Source: Vulcanimicrobiota bacterium
GTDB taxonomy: Bacteria; Vulcanimicrobiota; Vulcanimicrobiia; Vulcanimicrobiales; Vulcanimicrobiaceae
Direction of reading: 5' to 3'
Assembly: GCA_963795855.1 (NCBI GenBank)
Contig: CAWCIZ010000001.1
Location: 512,001-576,000, forward strand
DNA: 64,000 bases
Below are positions 1-7,707 of the stretch, piece by piece. The translations under genes were made by a program, and so were the position numbers. Numbering within the stretch: the first letter of the stretch is position 1; each line of letters opens with the position of its first letter. The notes beneath the pieces are model-generated. The model had not been told where the DNA came from. It made no database searches and saw nothing but the letters and a program-made list of their open reading frames with translations.

Positions 1-2
1 CC

Positions 3-260
3 CAAAAAATAGTCACCGGCGTTGTCTACGAATTCAATGTACTGAAAGCGGGCAGCAGCGATCCGCTCGCGATTTTCTACGGCGGCGAAACCGGCAGTTT
101 TGGAGAAAACGTCGTCATCTCACCGGCGAGCCGGGAAAATCCATCATGGAGCACTAGTCTCGGCGAGACACGCGTCGGCTCCATCGCCTGTTTTATAGCA
201 TACGTGCGCTTCAGCGACGGCAGCGATTGGACTTCTCCGCTGGCTGTTGTCACGAAGTAG
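3..260 (+). CDS. hypothetical protein, 3' part (5'-truncated by window)
   Basis: Open frame from the window edge, QKIVTGVVYEFNV...ACFIAYVRFSDGSDWTSPLAVVTK, ending at TAG 258-260. Confidence 0.6.
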   Translation, partial: QKIVTGVVYEFNVLKAGSSDPLAIFYGGETGSFGENVVISPASRENPSWSTSLGETRVGSIACFIAYVRFSDGSDWTSPLAVVTK

Positions 261-264
261 AACT

Positions 265-745
265 GCGGAGTACGCCTGTAAGCCGGATTCTGTCCCCCGG
301 CGTGTCGCCGGAGTGACGGCCATCTCTCTTGGCCGCGCGTTGCCGCGAGGCTCGATGCGACGTAGCTCGTTCGGACGGGCAGTCCGCTCCCTCGCCGAAG
401 CGGTGGAGATATCGAGCGGTCTTGCTTCAGGTGGGGTTTACCCGAGCGCACGTCACCGTGCGGCTCCGTGAGCTCTTACCTCACGATTTCACCCTTACCC
501 CAAATTGCTAGCGCAATTTGGGACCCCCGTCAGTTTAACAGGCACTCCGGTGCAAGCACCTGCGTGCCCCCCACACGCAAAGCGCGTGGGTCCCCCAGCG
601 GTCCCAAAAAAACGTTTAGCATTTGGGGCGGTATGTTTCTGTGGCACTTTCCTTCGAGTTTCCCCGACAGGACGTTATCCTGCACCCTGCCCTGTGAAGC
701 CCGGACTTTCCTCGCCTTGCGGCGCGGCCGTCCGGCGTACTCCGC
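265..745 (-). ncRNA. rnpB: RNase P RNA, type A, with extended P12
   Basis: Minus strand carries GAGGAAAGTCCGGGC, AGTGCCACAGAAA, GGTAAACCCCAC and ACAGAATCCGGCTTAC conserved regions; the ends GCGGAGTACGCC / GGCGTACTCCGC pair as P1. Confidence 0.97.
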
Positions 746-751
746 GACGCG

Positions 752-760
752 AGTGTACCA
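752..760 (-). promoter_or_regulatory. extended -10 element for rnpB
   Basis: TGGTACACT (TGn-TAnnnT) about 6 nt upstream of the rnpB 5' end. Confidence 0.6.
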
Positions 761-819
761 CGCGGTGGCGTAAAAGCGAATGGCCCCGGATGCAACGCGG
801 CCATTCAATGTTCTGAATT

Positions 820-895
820 TGGTGGAGGCAAGGAGACTCGAACTCCTGACCCTTACGCTGCCAGCGTAATGCTCTACCAACTGAGCTATGCCCCC
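820..895 (-). tRNA. tRNA-Ala(GGC)
   Basis: GGGGGCATAGCTCAGTTGGTAGAGC...CTGGCAG...GTTCGAGTCTCCTTGCCTCCACCA; G3:U70 pair; encoded CCA. Confidence 0.97.
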
Positions 896-935
896 GAAGC
901 GACCCGCCATGCTTCCCGGCGGGTGCGCAACATCC

Positions 936-1009
936 TGGAGATGAGGGGATTCGAACCCCTGACTTCCTGCTTGCAAAGCAGGCGCTCTACCAACTGAGCT
1001 GACATCCCC
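936..1009 (-). tRNA. tRNA-Ala(TGC)
   Basis: GGGGATGTCAGCTCAGTTGGTAGAGC...TTTGCAA...GTTCGAATCCCCTCATCTCCA; no encoded CCA; one extra base between acceptor and D stems. Confidence 0.93.
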
Positions 1010-1144
1010 GTTTCTTCGACCGCCGCACGTTCGCAAGGTACCGGTTTCGCACCTGCAAACGTCGAACGGCCCAACGCTAAGATTCGCGTCATGCCTTGCG
1101 CGCCGCCCGCCAAAAAGCCGATACTAAAGATGGAGGCGAAGACG

Positions 1145-1987
1145 ATGATCCATGCGCTGCTTTTGGCCGCTCTGGGTGCCGTTCCGCCGTGTTGGGACGT
1201 CTTCGATGCTGCGCTGCGTCACAACGCAAACGGTGCGCATCCGCCGTACGTAACGTATAGCGAACGAATATCCGTAACTGAAGATCGCACTCCGCTCGTT
1301 TCGAGTATCGCGTATGTGGACTACCGCGACGACGGCGTTGCGCGCGTCATGGACGAGCGATTCAACTACGAACCATTCGTGACGCGTCATGCCGAACCGG
1401 GGCCGCCGGAATTGGGTCCGTATGGAACCAGGCGCGAAATGTGGCTGCCGGATGCCGGCGGCCTGCCGATCATCGCGCAGGTGCGAACGATGGGGGACGT
1501 GACGTGCACGATTGCCGATGAAGAGCCGTACAAGTCACACGAGACGTATCACTTGCATTTCAGCGGCGGACCGGCCACGCGGCCGTCGCTCAAAGACTTA
1601 TGGGTCGACACGAGAACGCGGGACATCTGGAAGCTCGAGATCACCGGTCCCGTCACGTTTTGGAGCGAAGGCAATCGCGATAACGAACTCGCGGAATTTC
1701 AAGTAGAGCTCGGCTATACCGGTCCATACCTGCTCGTGAATCATGTCGTGTGGGCGTACAGCCGCAGAGAGTATTCGCAGCGCGTCGACTATTTCGGCGA
1801 ATACACGTTCAGCGATTACGAATTTCCGGCGAAGATGCCGGCGTCGTTTTTCGGCAACGTGGCCGCAGCTTCCGATCTAGTTGCGAGCGGCCGTAAAAAA
1901 GCAGCCCCGCTTTCGCGGGGCTGCGGTATTGGTGGGCCATCCAAGGCTCGAACTTGGGACCTCATGCTTATCAAGCATGCGCTCTAA
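1145..1987 (+). CDS. hypothetical exported protein
   Basis: GGAGG RBS at 1132-1136; signal-like MIHALLLAALGA; the 3' end runs antisense into the tRNA-Ile terminator and gene, so the true stop may be earlier. Confidence 0.7.
   Translation: MIHALLLAALGAVPPCWDVFDAALRHNANGAHPPYVTYSERISVTEDRTPLVSSIAYVDYRDDGVARVMDERFNYEPFVTRHAEPGPPELGPYGTRREMWLPDAGGLPIIAQVRTMGDVTCTIADEEPYKSHETYHLHFSGGPATRPSLKDLWVDTRTRDIWKLEITGPVTFWSEGNRDNELAEFQVELGYTGPYLLVNHVVWAYSRREYSQRVDYFGEYTFSDYEFPAKMPASFFGNVAAASDLVASGRKKAAPLSRGCGIGGPSKARTWDLMLIKHAL
1895..1924 (-). terminator. intrinsic terminator after tRNA-Ile
   Basis: GCAGCCCCGC-GAAA-GCGGGGCTGC followed by T6 on the minus strand. Confidence 0.85.
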
Positions 1988-2006
1988 CCAACTGAGCTAA
2001 TGGCCC
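1930..2006 (-). tRNA. tRNA-Ile(GAT)
   Basis: GGGCCATTAGCTCAGTTGGTTAGAGC...TTGATAA...GTTCGAGCCTTGGATGGCCCACCA. Confidence 0.97.
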
Positions 2007-2060
2007 GAACAAGTCCTAATCTTACCACACGGTGCAAGGCGCCCCTGCCGGCTCGGCCGA

Positions 2061-2273
2061 CTAGATCATAGCGATGTACTTCTTGAGCGCTTCGTCGTCG
2101 TCTTTGAGCTGGGCGAGCATCATGTCGCGCAGCACGTTGGCTTCGCGCTCGAGTTCCGCGCGTTCTTCCATCTCTCGATCGAACGTCGCTTGTTGCGCCG
2201 TGACGGCATCGTCGGCAGCCGGTTTGGCAGCACGCGCGGGCGTACGCGCTGCCATTTTCGTGCGATCGATCAC
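2061..2273 (-). CDS. small helical protein (70 aa), paralogous to the C-terminus of 2270-2647
   Basis: GTG start overlaps the upstream TGA (GTGA coupling); FD..M.E..E..RE.N.LRD...AQ.K.DD...KK.I..I motif. Confidence 0.8.
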   Translation of the reverse strand: MIDRTKMAARTPARAAKPAADDAVTAQQATFDREMEERAELEREANVLRDMMLAQLKDDDEALKKYIAMI

Positions 2274-2647
2274 TCGGTAATCGACTCGATGAATTTCTTG
2301 GTAATGGCGTCGTCGGCTTTGCGCTGCGCCATCTGAACGTCGCGAAGCGTGTTCACCTCGCGCATCTGCTCCGACTTCTCGTCCATCATCTCGTCAAACG
2401 CCTCGGATTGCACTTGCATCTGCTCTTGGTGCTGAATTTGCTCGGTGTACATGTAGAGTTGGAAGGCTTCGTCGCCGGCGTTAATCGCTCCGAGGCCGCC
2501 GTTTCCCAGCGCACCGGTCAAGTTTCCGGCCGTCGTGCCGCCCATCACGCCTCCGGCGAGCGCGCCGATGCCGGCCAGCAGCGGATTTCCCGTCATCGCG
2601 TACGTCTGCGCACCCATACCCAGCGCGGAACCGATATTCATTTGCAT
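2270..2647 (-). CDS. Gly-rich N-terminus / helical C-terminus protein (125 aa), unknown function
   Basis: Clean ORF in operon; TGNPLLAGIGALAGGVMGG segment followed by a Q/E/M-rich helix. Confidence 0.85.
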   Translation of the reverse strand: MQMNIGSALGMGAQTYAMTGNPLLAGIGALAGGVMGGTTAGNLTGALGNGGLGAINAGDEAFQLYMYTEQIQHQEQMQVQSEAFDEMMDEKSEQMREVNTLRDVQMAQRKADDAITKKFIESITE

Positions 2648-2656
2648 GGTGCGCGC

Positions 2657-2908
2657 CTATGCAGCGATCAGATCCGCATACGACGAGAGCGCGTTCACGT
2701 TCTGCTGCGCCGTCGGATTTTCGGCGCTGAGTTCGTCGAGAAGAGGGCTGAACGTGGGCACCGGCGTCGTTCCGCCCGACTGTGCGGACGAATTCGATAG
2801 CAACGCCATCGCGCCGGCGCCGGCTGCAACGACCGGGTTTGCCGTTTCGGCAAGGGTGAGAAGGCCGGTCGTCACGCCTTTGACGATGCCTCCGAGACTC
2901 AGGTGCAT
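2657..2908 (-). CDS. small protein (83 aa), unknown function
   Basis: AAGGAG RBS before ATG 2908; MHLSLGGIVKGVTTG...VNALSSYADLIAA. Confidence 0.8.
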   Translation of the reverse strand: MHLSLGGIVKGVTTGLLTLAETANPVVAAGAGAMALLSNSSAQSGGTTPVPTFSPLLDELSAENPTAQQNVNALSSYADLIAA

Positions 2909-2957
2909 ACGGTAACTCCTTAAAGTGAGATGCGCAGCGCTATCACGCCCGGCCGCG

Positions 2958-3620
2958 CTAGTTGCTAGATCCGTCCTGCGCAAAAACGATCGATCCGAAG
3001 TCCGGACTATTGTCGCGCGGACGGTTCGGATACGACTGCGGCAGTTCGCTCGGGCAAAGTGCGGGCGCAGGCACCTGAAGCGATGCAAATGACGAGAGTG
3101 CATTGACTGAGGCTTGTTCGTCTTGGCTATCCGCCGACAGCGCCTGCGTCAAAGTTTCCGGCGTGTCGCCTTGGAGGTCGGCGTAATGGCGAAGGACCGA
3201 GTCGGCGTAGCCGAGTCGTCGCCCGTCTTGCCACGACGTGATGGTCCCCGAGGCGTTCGGGTCGCCGGCATTGTACGCCGAAAGCGCCCTATGAACGTCG
3301 CCGCCGTAGCGTTTGAGTAGACCCGAGATCATCCCGGCGGCGTAGTCCGCATTCGATTGCGGATCCATTGCTGCCGCAGTAGTGGCGAAGGAATGGTAGC
3401 GATCGTCGATTTGGAAGATGCCGCGGCCATGGCCGCCGTCTCCGACGACGTTGCGGCCGGCATTGCTTCCCGGACCGCCGGTTTCTTGGGCGGCTACTGC
3501 CGCCAGGAGGGCCGGGTCTACGTGATACTTCCCTGCCGCGCTGGCGATTTCGGGCGCAAAGGCCACCCCGTGGAGCGCGAGCGAGCGGGCGGTCTGCGGG
3601 ATGCTCGTGACGATACTCAT
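2958..3620 (-). CDS. lytic transglycosylase (SLT domain) with C-terminal extension
   Basis: VDPALLAAVAAQET (catalytic Glu), GIFQI, ALSAYNAG motifs; no obvious Sec signal. Confidence 0.9.
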   Translation of the reverse strand: MSIVTSIPQTARSLALHGVAFAPEIASAAGKYHVDPALLAAVAAQETGGPGSNAGRNVVGDGGHGRGIFQIDDRYHSFATTAAAMDPQSNADYAAGMISGLLKRYGGDVHRALSAYNAGDPNASGTITSWQDGRRLGYADSVLRHYADLQGDTPETLTQALSADSQDEQASVNALSSFASLQVPAPALCPSELPQSYPNRPRDNSPDFGSIVFAQDGSSN

Positions 3621-3650
3621 GGTGCGGTACCGTCACGACGACAACGCCGT

Positions 3651-3680
3651 TTGACAATCCGCTTCCGGGGGGTCTACAAT
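3651..3680 (+). promoter_or_regulatory. sigma70-type promoter for the yceD-rpmF-fab operon
   Basis: TTGACA-N18-TACAAT. Confidence 0.75.
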
Positions 3681-3729
3681 GTCTCGAGTTTAGAAGGCCC
3701 CCCAAAGCCGGGCGGCCTTCCTCTATGTT

Positions 3730-4206
3730 ATGGCTTCTTCGCACAAGGTCGATATCGGTGCTCTGCTCGCGGGTGGACGTCAGCGTCTCTCCGTCGATCA
3801 GCAAGTGGCTCTGGAGCCGTTCGAGGGAATCACCTTTCCCGAACCGGCGCGCGTGCATTTGGACATGCACTCCACCGGAGACATGCTCGAGATTGCCGGA
3901 ACGATCGATGTCGGGGTCCATAGCGAATGCAATAGATGTTTGGGCGAGGTCGATCGCGCGATGCACGTCGACGTCGACGAGCAGCTTTCGACGGATGGTG
4001 AGGCGCAAACCGATCCCTTCGCCGAGAGCAACGTTCTGACGGGTGACCGTTTGAACGTCGACGATCTAACAACGCAGTTGGTGTGCAGCGCCGTCCCGCT
4101 CGGCATGCTGTGCGCGGAAGACTGCAAGGGCATCTGTCCGGCTTGCGGCGAGAACAAAAACACGGGCGCGTGCACGTGCGCACCCGACGGGGACCAGCCC
4201 GCGTAA
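3730..4206 (+). CDS. yceD: DUF177/YceD family protein
   Basis: ECNRCL and LCAEDCKGICPACGENKN motifs; lies upstream of rpmF. Confidence 0.9.
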   Translation: MASSHKVDIGALLAGGRQRLSVDQQVALEPFEGITFPEPARVHLDMHSTGDMLEIAGTIDVGVHSECNRCLGEVDRAMHVDVDEQLSTDGEAQTDPFAESNVLTGDRLNVDDLTTQLVCSAVPLGMLCAEDCKGICPACGENKNTGACTCAPDGDQPA

Positions 4207-4228
4207 GGGCAAACGGAGAACGAAAACA

Positions 4229-4435
4229 GTGGCGAACCTGAAGTGGAAAACTCCGCGCAGCAAGACGCGCAGCCGTCGCGCGGCCAATTGGAAATTGAAC
4301 GCGGTGACGACGGTCGAGTGTCCGCAGTGTCACGCGCCCAAGCGCCCGCACTTCGTATGCGAGCATTGCGGAACGTATGCTGGCCGGCAGGTCATTGAGG
4401 TTAAGGACGAGCACGCCGGGCATTCACACGGCTAA
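4229..4435 (+). CDS. rpmF: 50S ribosomal protein L32
   Basis: KTPRSKTRSRRA...CPQC...PHFVCEHCGTY zinc-ribbon L32. Confidence 0.95.
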   Translation: MANLKWKTPRSKTRSRRAANWKLNAVTTVECPQCHAPKRPHFVCEHCGTYAGRQVIEVKDEHAGHSHG

Positions 4436-4438
4436 ACG

Positions 4439-5428
4439 TTGAATTCGACCGGCGTCAGGATCCTCGCCGTGGGGCATCACGCGCCGCCGGGGATTCTCAC
4501 CAATGAGGATCTGGAAAAGGTGCTCGACACCTCGGACGAGTGGATTACCACGCGCACCGGAATGAAGCGCCGTCACGTTTCCGCGCCGGAACAGGCGACC
4601 AGCGATCTCGCGATATACGCGGCGCGCGCCGCACTCGAAAGCGCCGGGCTTCAGCCTCCGGACATCGACTGTTACATCGTGGCCACCGTGACGCCGGACT
4701 TCCCGTTTCCCGCGACCGCGTGCATTTTGGCTTCGAAACTCGGCGCCGCCGGCAAAGCCGCGTTCGACATCGAGATCGCGTGCAGCGGCTTCATCTACGG
4801 CCTTACGGTTGCGTCGAGTTTGATTCGATCCGGCGTATACAAACGCGTGATGCTCGTCGGTGCGGAAACTCTGACGAAGATCGTCAACCGCATGGACCGT
4901 TCCACCGCCGTGCTTTTCGGCGACGGCGCCGGCGCGGTGATTCTCGAGGCGTCGGCCGTGGACTCGTTTCTCTCGAGCGAACTGGGCTCGGACGGAAGCC
5001 GGCCGGAAGTGTTGCGCGTGCCCGCGGGCGGATCGCGCAAGCCGCTCACGCCTTCGGGTTATGAAGCCGGCGAGCAATACATCTATATGGAAGGCCGCGA
5101 AGTCTTCAAATTCGCCGTGACGAAGATGATCGAAGCGACCGACAGCGCGCTCAAAAAAGCGAACTTGGACAAGAGCGACGTCGACTGGCTGATACCGCAT
5201 CAAGCCAATAAGCGGATCATCGATTCGGCGGCAAAATATCTGCAGATGCCGGAAGATAAAGTCGTCATCAATATTCACGAGTACGGCAATACGTCCGCCG
5301 CGTCAATCCCGATCGCGCTTTCGGAAGCGGTGCAGTCAGGGAAGATCAAGAACGGCGACGTGATCGTGTTCGTCGGTTTCGGCGGTGGTCTTTCGTGGGG
5401 CGCGGTCACTTGGAGATGGGCGGCATGA
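4439..5428 (+). CDS. fabH: beta-ketoacyl-ACP synthase III
   Basis: DTSDEWITTRTG, ACSGF, PHQAN, GNTSAASIP motifs. Confidence 0.97.
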   Translation: MNSTGVRILAVGHHAPPGILTNEDLEKVLDTSDEWITTRTGMKRRHVSAPEQATSDLAIYAARAALESAGLQPPDIDCYIVATVTPDFPFPATACILASKLGAAGKAAFDIEIACSGFIYGLTVASSLIRSGVYKRVMLVGAETLTKIVNRMDRSTAVLFGDGAGAVILEASAVDSFLSSELGSDGSRPEVLRVPAGGSRKPLTPSGYEAGEQYIYMEGREVFKFAVTKMIEATDSALKKANLDKSDVDWLIPHQANKRIIDSAAKYLQMPEDKVVINIHEYGNTSAASIPIALSEAVQSGKIKNGDVIVFVGFGGGLSWGAVTWRWAA

Positions 5429-6372
5429 TGCGCGTCGCCGCGATTTTTCCCGGCCAGGGCTCGCAAGTCGTTGGAATGGGCATCGATGCAGCGAACCGCT
5501 CGCGGGCCGCGCGCGGCGTGTTCGACCGCGCGAGCGACATTCTGGGGTACGACGTGCTCGAATTGCAGCGCAACGGTCCGGAAGAAAAACTGCGCGAGAC
5601 GGAGTTCAGTCAACCCGCTATTTTTACGACCAACGTTGCGCTGTACTACGCCGTCGGTGAGGTCCTGCGCCCGGTCGTGAGCGCGGGACACTCGTTCGGC
5701 GAGATCTGCAGTTTGACGATTGCGAACGCGCTCTCGTTCGACGAAGCGCTGCGCATCGTGGACGAGCGCGGTAAAGCGATGCAGTTTGCGGCGCAGCAGG
5801 CGCCGGGCGGTATGTCCGCAGTGCTCGGAATGGATGCGCCGGCGATTCGCGACGTCGTCGCGCGCGTGAAGGCGCAGACCGGCGCGCGCGTTCAGCTCGC
5901 GAACTTCAACTCGCCCGCACAGATCGTCATCAGCGGGGATTTCACTGCGGTGCAAGCCGCCGGCGATGCGCTGCTCGAAGCGGGCGCGAAACGGGTCGTG
6001 CCGCTCAATGTTTCGGGTGCGTGGCACAGCGAGCTGATGCTGCCGGCCGTGTCGCGGTTCGCGCAGGCTGTGACGGCGGCGCAATTCCGTATTCCGGAAT
6101 TCGACGTCGTGTCGAACGTGGACGCGCAAGCGTATCGCGACGTCGACGCGATCAAACGGAATCTCGTCAAATCGATTACCGATGAAGTGCGCTGGCACGA
6201 TTGCGCGCTGCAACTGCTTACGTACGATTTGGAGCTCGTCGTCGAATTCGGCGCTTCACCGGTTTTATCGCCGATGTTCAAACGCTTGCCCGGCGCGCCG
6301 CCGGTGATAAACGTGAGCGATTTTTCCGGCGTGGAAAAGCTGCGCGCCGTGCTCGACGTGATCGATGTTTAG
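5425..6372 (+). CDS. fabD: malonyl CoA-ACP transacylase
   Basis: FPGQGSQ, GHSFGE, VSGAWHS motifs. Confidence 0.96.
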   Translation: MMRVAAIFPGQGSQVVGMGIDAANRSRAARGVFDRASDILGYDVLELQRNGPEEKLRETEFSQPAIFTTNVALYYAVGEVLRPVVSAGHSFGEICSLTIANALSFDEALRIVDERGKAMQFAAQQAPGGMSAVLGMDAPAIRDVVARVKAQTGARVQLANFNSPAQIVISGDFTAVQAAGDALLEAGAKRVVPLNVSGAWHSELMLPAVSRFAQAVTAAQFRIPEFDVVSNVDAQAYRDVDAIKRNLVKSITDEVRWHDCALQLLTYDLELVVEFGASPVLSPMFKRLPGAPPVINVSDFSGVEKLRAVLDVIDV

Positions 6373-7108
6373 CGGGAAAACGGCGCTCATCACGGGCGCA
6401 AGCCGCGGCATCGGCCGCGCTATTGCCGTGGACCTGGTTAAGAACGGGGCCGGCGTCGCGCTGGTGGGACGCGATTCGGGCGCGCTCCAGGAAACCGTTT
6501 CCGCATGTACGGCGGCGCGCGCGGATGCAAAATGTCTGGTTTTAACCGGCGATGCCGCCGATCAAGCGGCCGTCGACGGATTCGTCGCGCAGACGGTGTC
6601 GGAGTTCGGGCGCGTGGATTTTGCGATCGCAAATGCGGGCCAGTCCATCGACGCACTTCTGCTGCGCCTCAAACCGGAAGCAATCGATCAAATGCTTTCG
6701 GTGAATCTAAAATCCGCCTTTTATTTGTGCGGTGCGGTTGCCCGGCCGATGATGAAGCAGCGCAGCGGCTCCATCGTGCTGATGTCGAGCATCGTCGGCG
6801 TGATGGGAAATGCCGGTCAGGCGGCCTACGCGGCATCCAAAGCCGGCCTGCTTGGGCTGGCCAAGTCGTTAGCGAAGGAATTGGGTTCGAGGAACATAAG
6901 AGTCAACGCCGTCGCGCCGGGGCTCATCGAAACGGCGATGACCGAAAAGATGCCGGACGAGGCGCGCGAGTATCTCCTCAAACAGGCGGCGCTCGGCCGG
7001 GCCGGAAAGCCGGAAGACGTCAGCGGAGTAGTCACTTTTCTCTGTTCGGAAGCTGCCGGGTACATTACGGGACAAACCCTAGTGGTCGACGGCGGCGTTT
7101 TAATGTAA
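6365..7108 (+). CDS. fabG: 3-oxoacyl-ACP reductase
   Basis: TGASRGIG, YAASK, NAVAPG, ITGQTLVVDGG motifs; fab context. Confidence 0.95.
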   Translation: MFSGKTALITGASRGIGRAIAVDLVKNGAGVALVGRDSGALQETVSACTAARADAKCLVLTGDAADQAAVDGFVAQTVSEFGRVDFAIANAGQSIDALLLRLKPEAIDQMLSVNLKSAFYLCGAVARPMMKQRSGSIVLMSSIVGVMGNAGQAAYAASKAGLLGLAKSLAKELGSRNIRVNAVAPGLIETAMTEKMPDEAREYLLKQAALGRAGKPEDVSGVVTFLCSEAAGYITGQTLVVDGGVLM

Positions 7109-7150
7109 CTGTCCCCGCCGCGCACGCGCGCAGGGGTGTGAAGGAGATGT

Positions 7151-7393
7151 ATGTCCACCACGTTCGATAAAGTCAAGAAGATCATCGTCGAGCAGCTCGG
7201 CGTTGACGAGTCGGAAGTGACGCCGGAAGCTTCGATCACGGATGATCTCGGCGCCGACTCACTCGACCAGGTCGAGCTCGTGATGGCCTTCGAGACGGAG
7301 TTCAACATCGATATTCCGGACGAAGAGGCGGAGAAAATCAAGACCGTCGGCGATGCGGTCAAGCGCGTCGAGGAAGCGACCGCAAAGGAATAA
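7151..7393 (+). CDS. acpP: acyl carrier protein
   Basis: DLGADSLD phosphopantetheine motif; AAGGAG RBS. Confidence 0.97.
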   Translation: MSTTFDKVKKIIVEQLGVDESEVTPEASITDDLGADSLDQVELVMAFETEFNIDIPDEEAEKIKTVGDAVKRVEEATAKE

Positions 7394-7688
7394 TCTGTGC
7401 GGCGCCCACGGGGAATGTCTAAGAAAGCAGAGGGTTTAGGCGCCGTGAGTTCTGGGGGCCCCAGCGCGAGTGGGGGGCGCGGAGCTCGGAGAAATCTGTG
7501 CGGCGCCCACGGGGAATGTCTAAGAAAGCAGAGGGTTTAGGCGCCGTGAGTTCTGGGGGCCCCAGCGCGAGTGGGGGGCGCGGAGCTCGGAGAAATCTGT
7601 GCGGCGCCCACGGGGAATGTCTAAGAAAGCAGAGGGTTTAGGCGCCGTGAGTTCTGGGGGCCCCAGCGCGAGCTGGGGGGCGCGGAGT
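7392..7688. repeat. tandem repeat, about 3 x 101 bp, self-complementary units
   Basis: Unit AATCTGTGCGGCGCCCACGGGG...GGAGCTCGGAGA starts at 7392, 7493 and 7594; copies almost identical. Confidence 0.97.
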
Positions 7689-7707
7689 TAGGCGGAGCGC
7701 CTTTTAA

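Noticed and set aside
77..1113. ORF-track proteins overlapping rnpB and the tRNAs
   Set aside because: The region is fully explained by RNA genes, and the translations have no recognisable motifs
2958..3620. Phage endolysin or tape-measure remnant
   Set aside because: No holin, structural or replication phage genes nearby, and the unit sits among core genes; not fully excluded
7392..7688. CRISPR array or SRP RNA next to ffh
   Set aside because: Units are contiguous with no unique spacers and no cas genes are present; I could not find the SRP domain IV consensus
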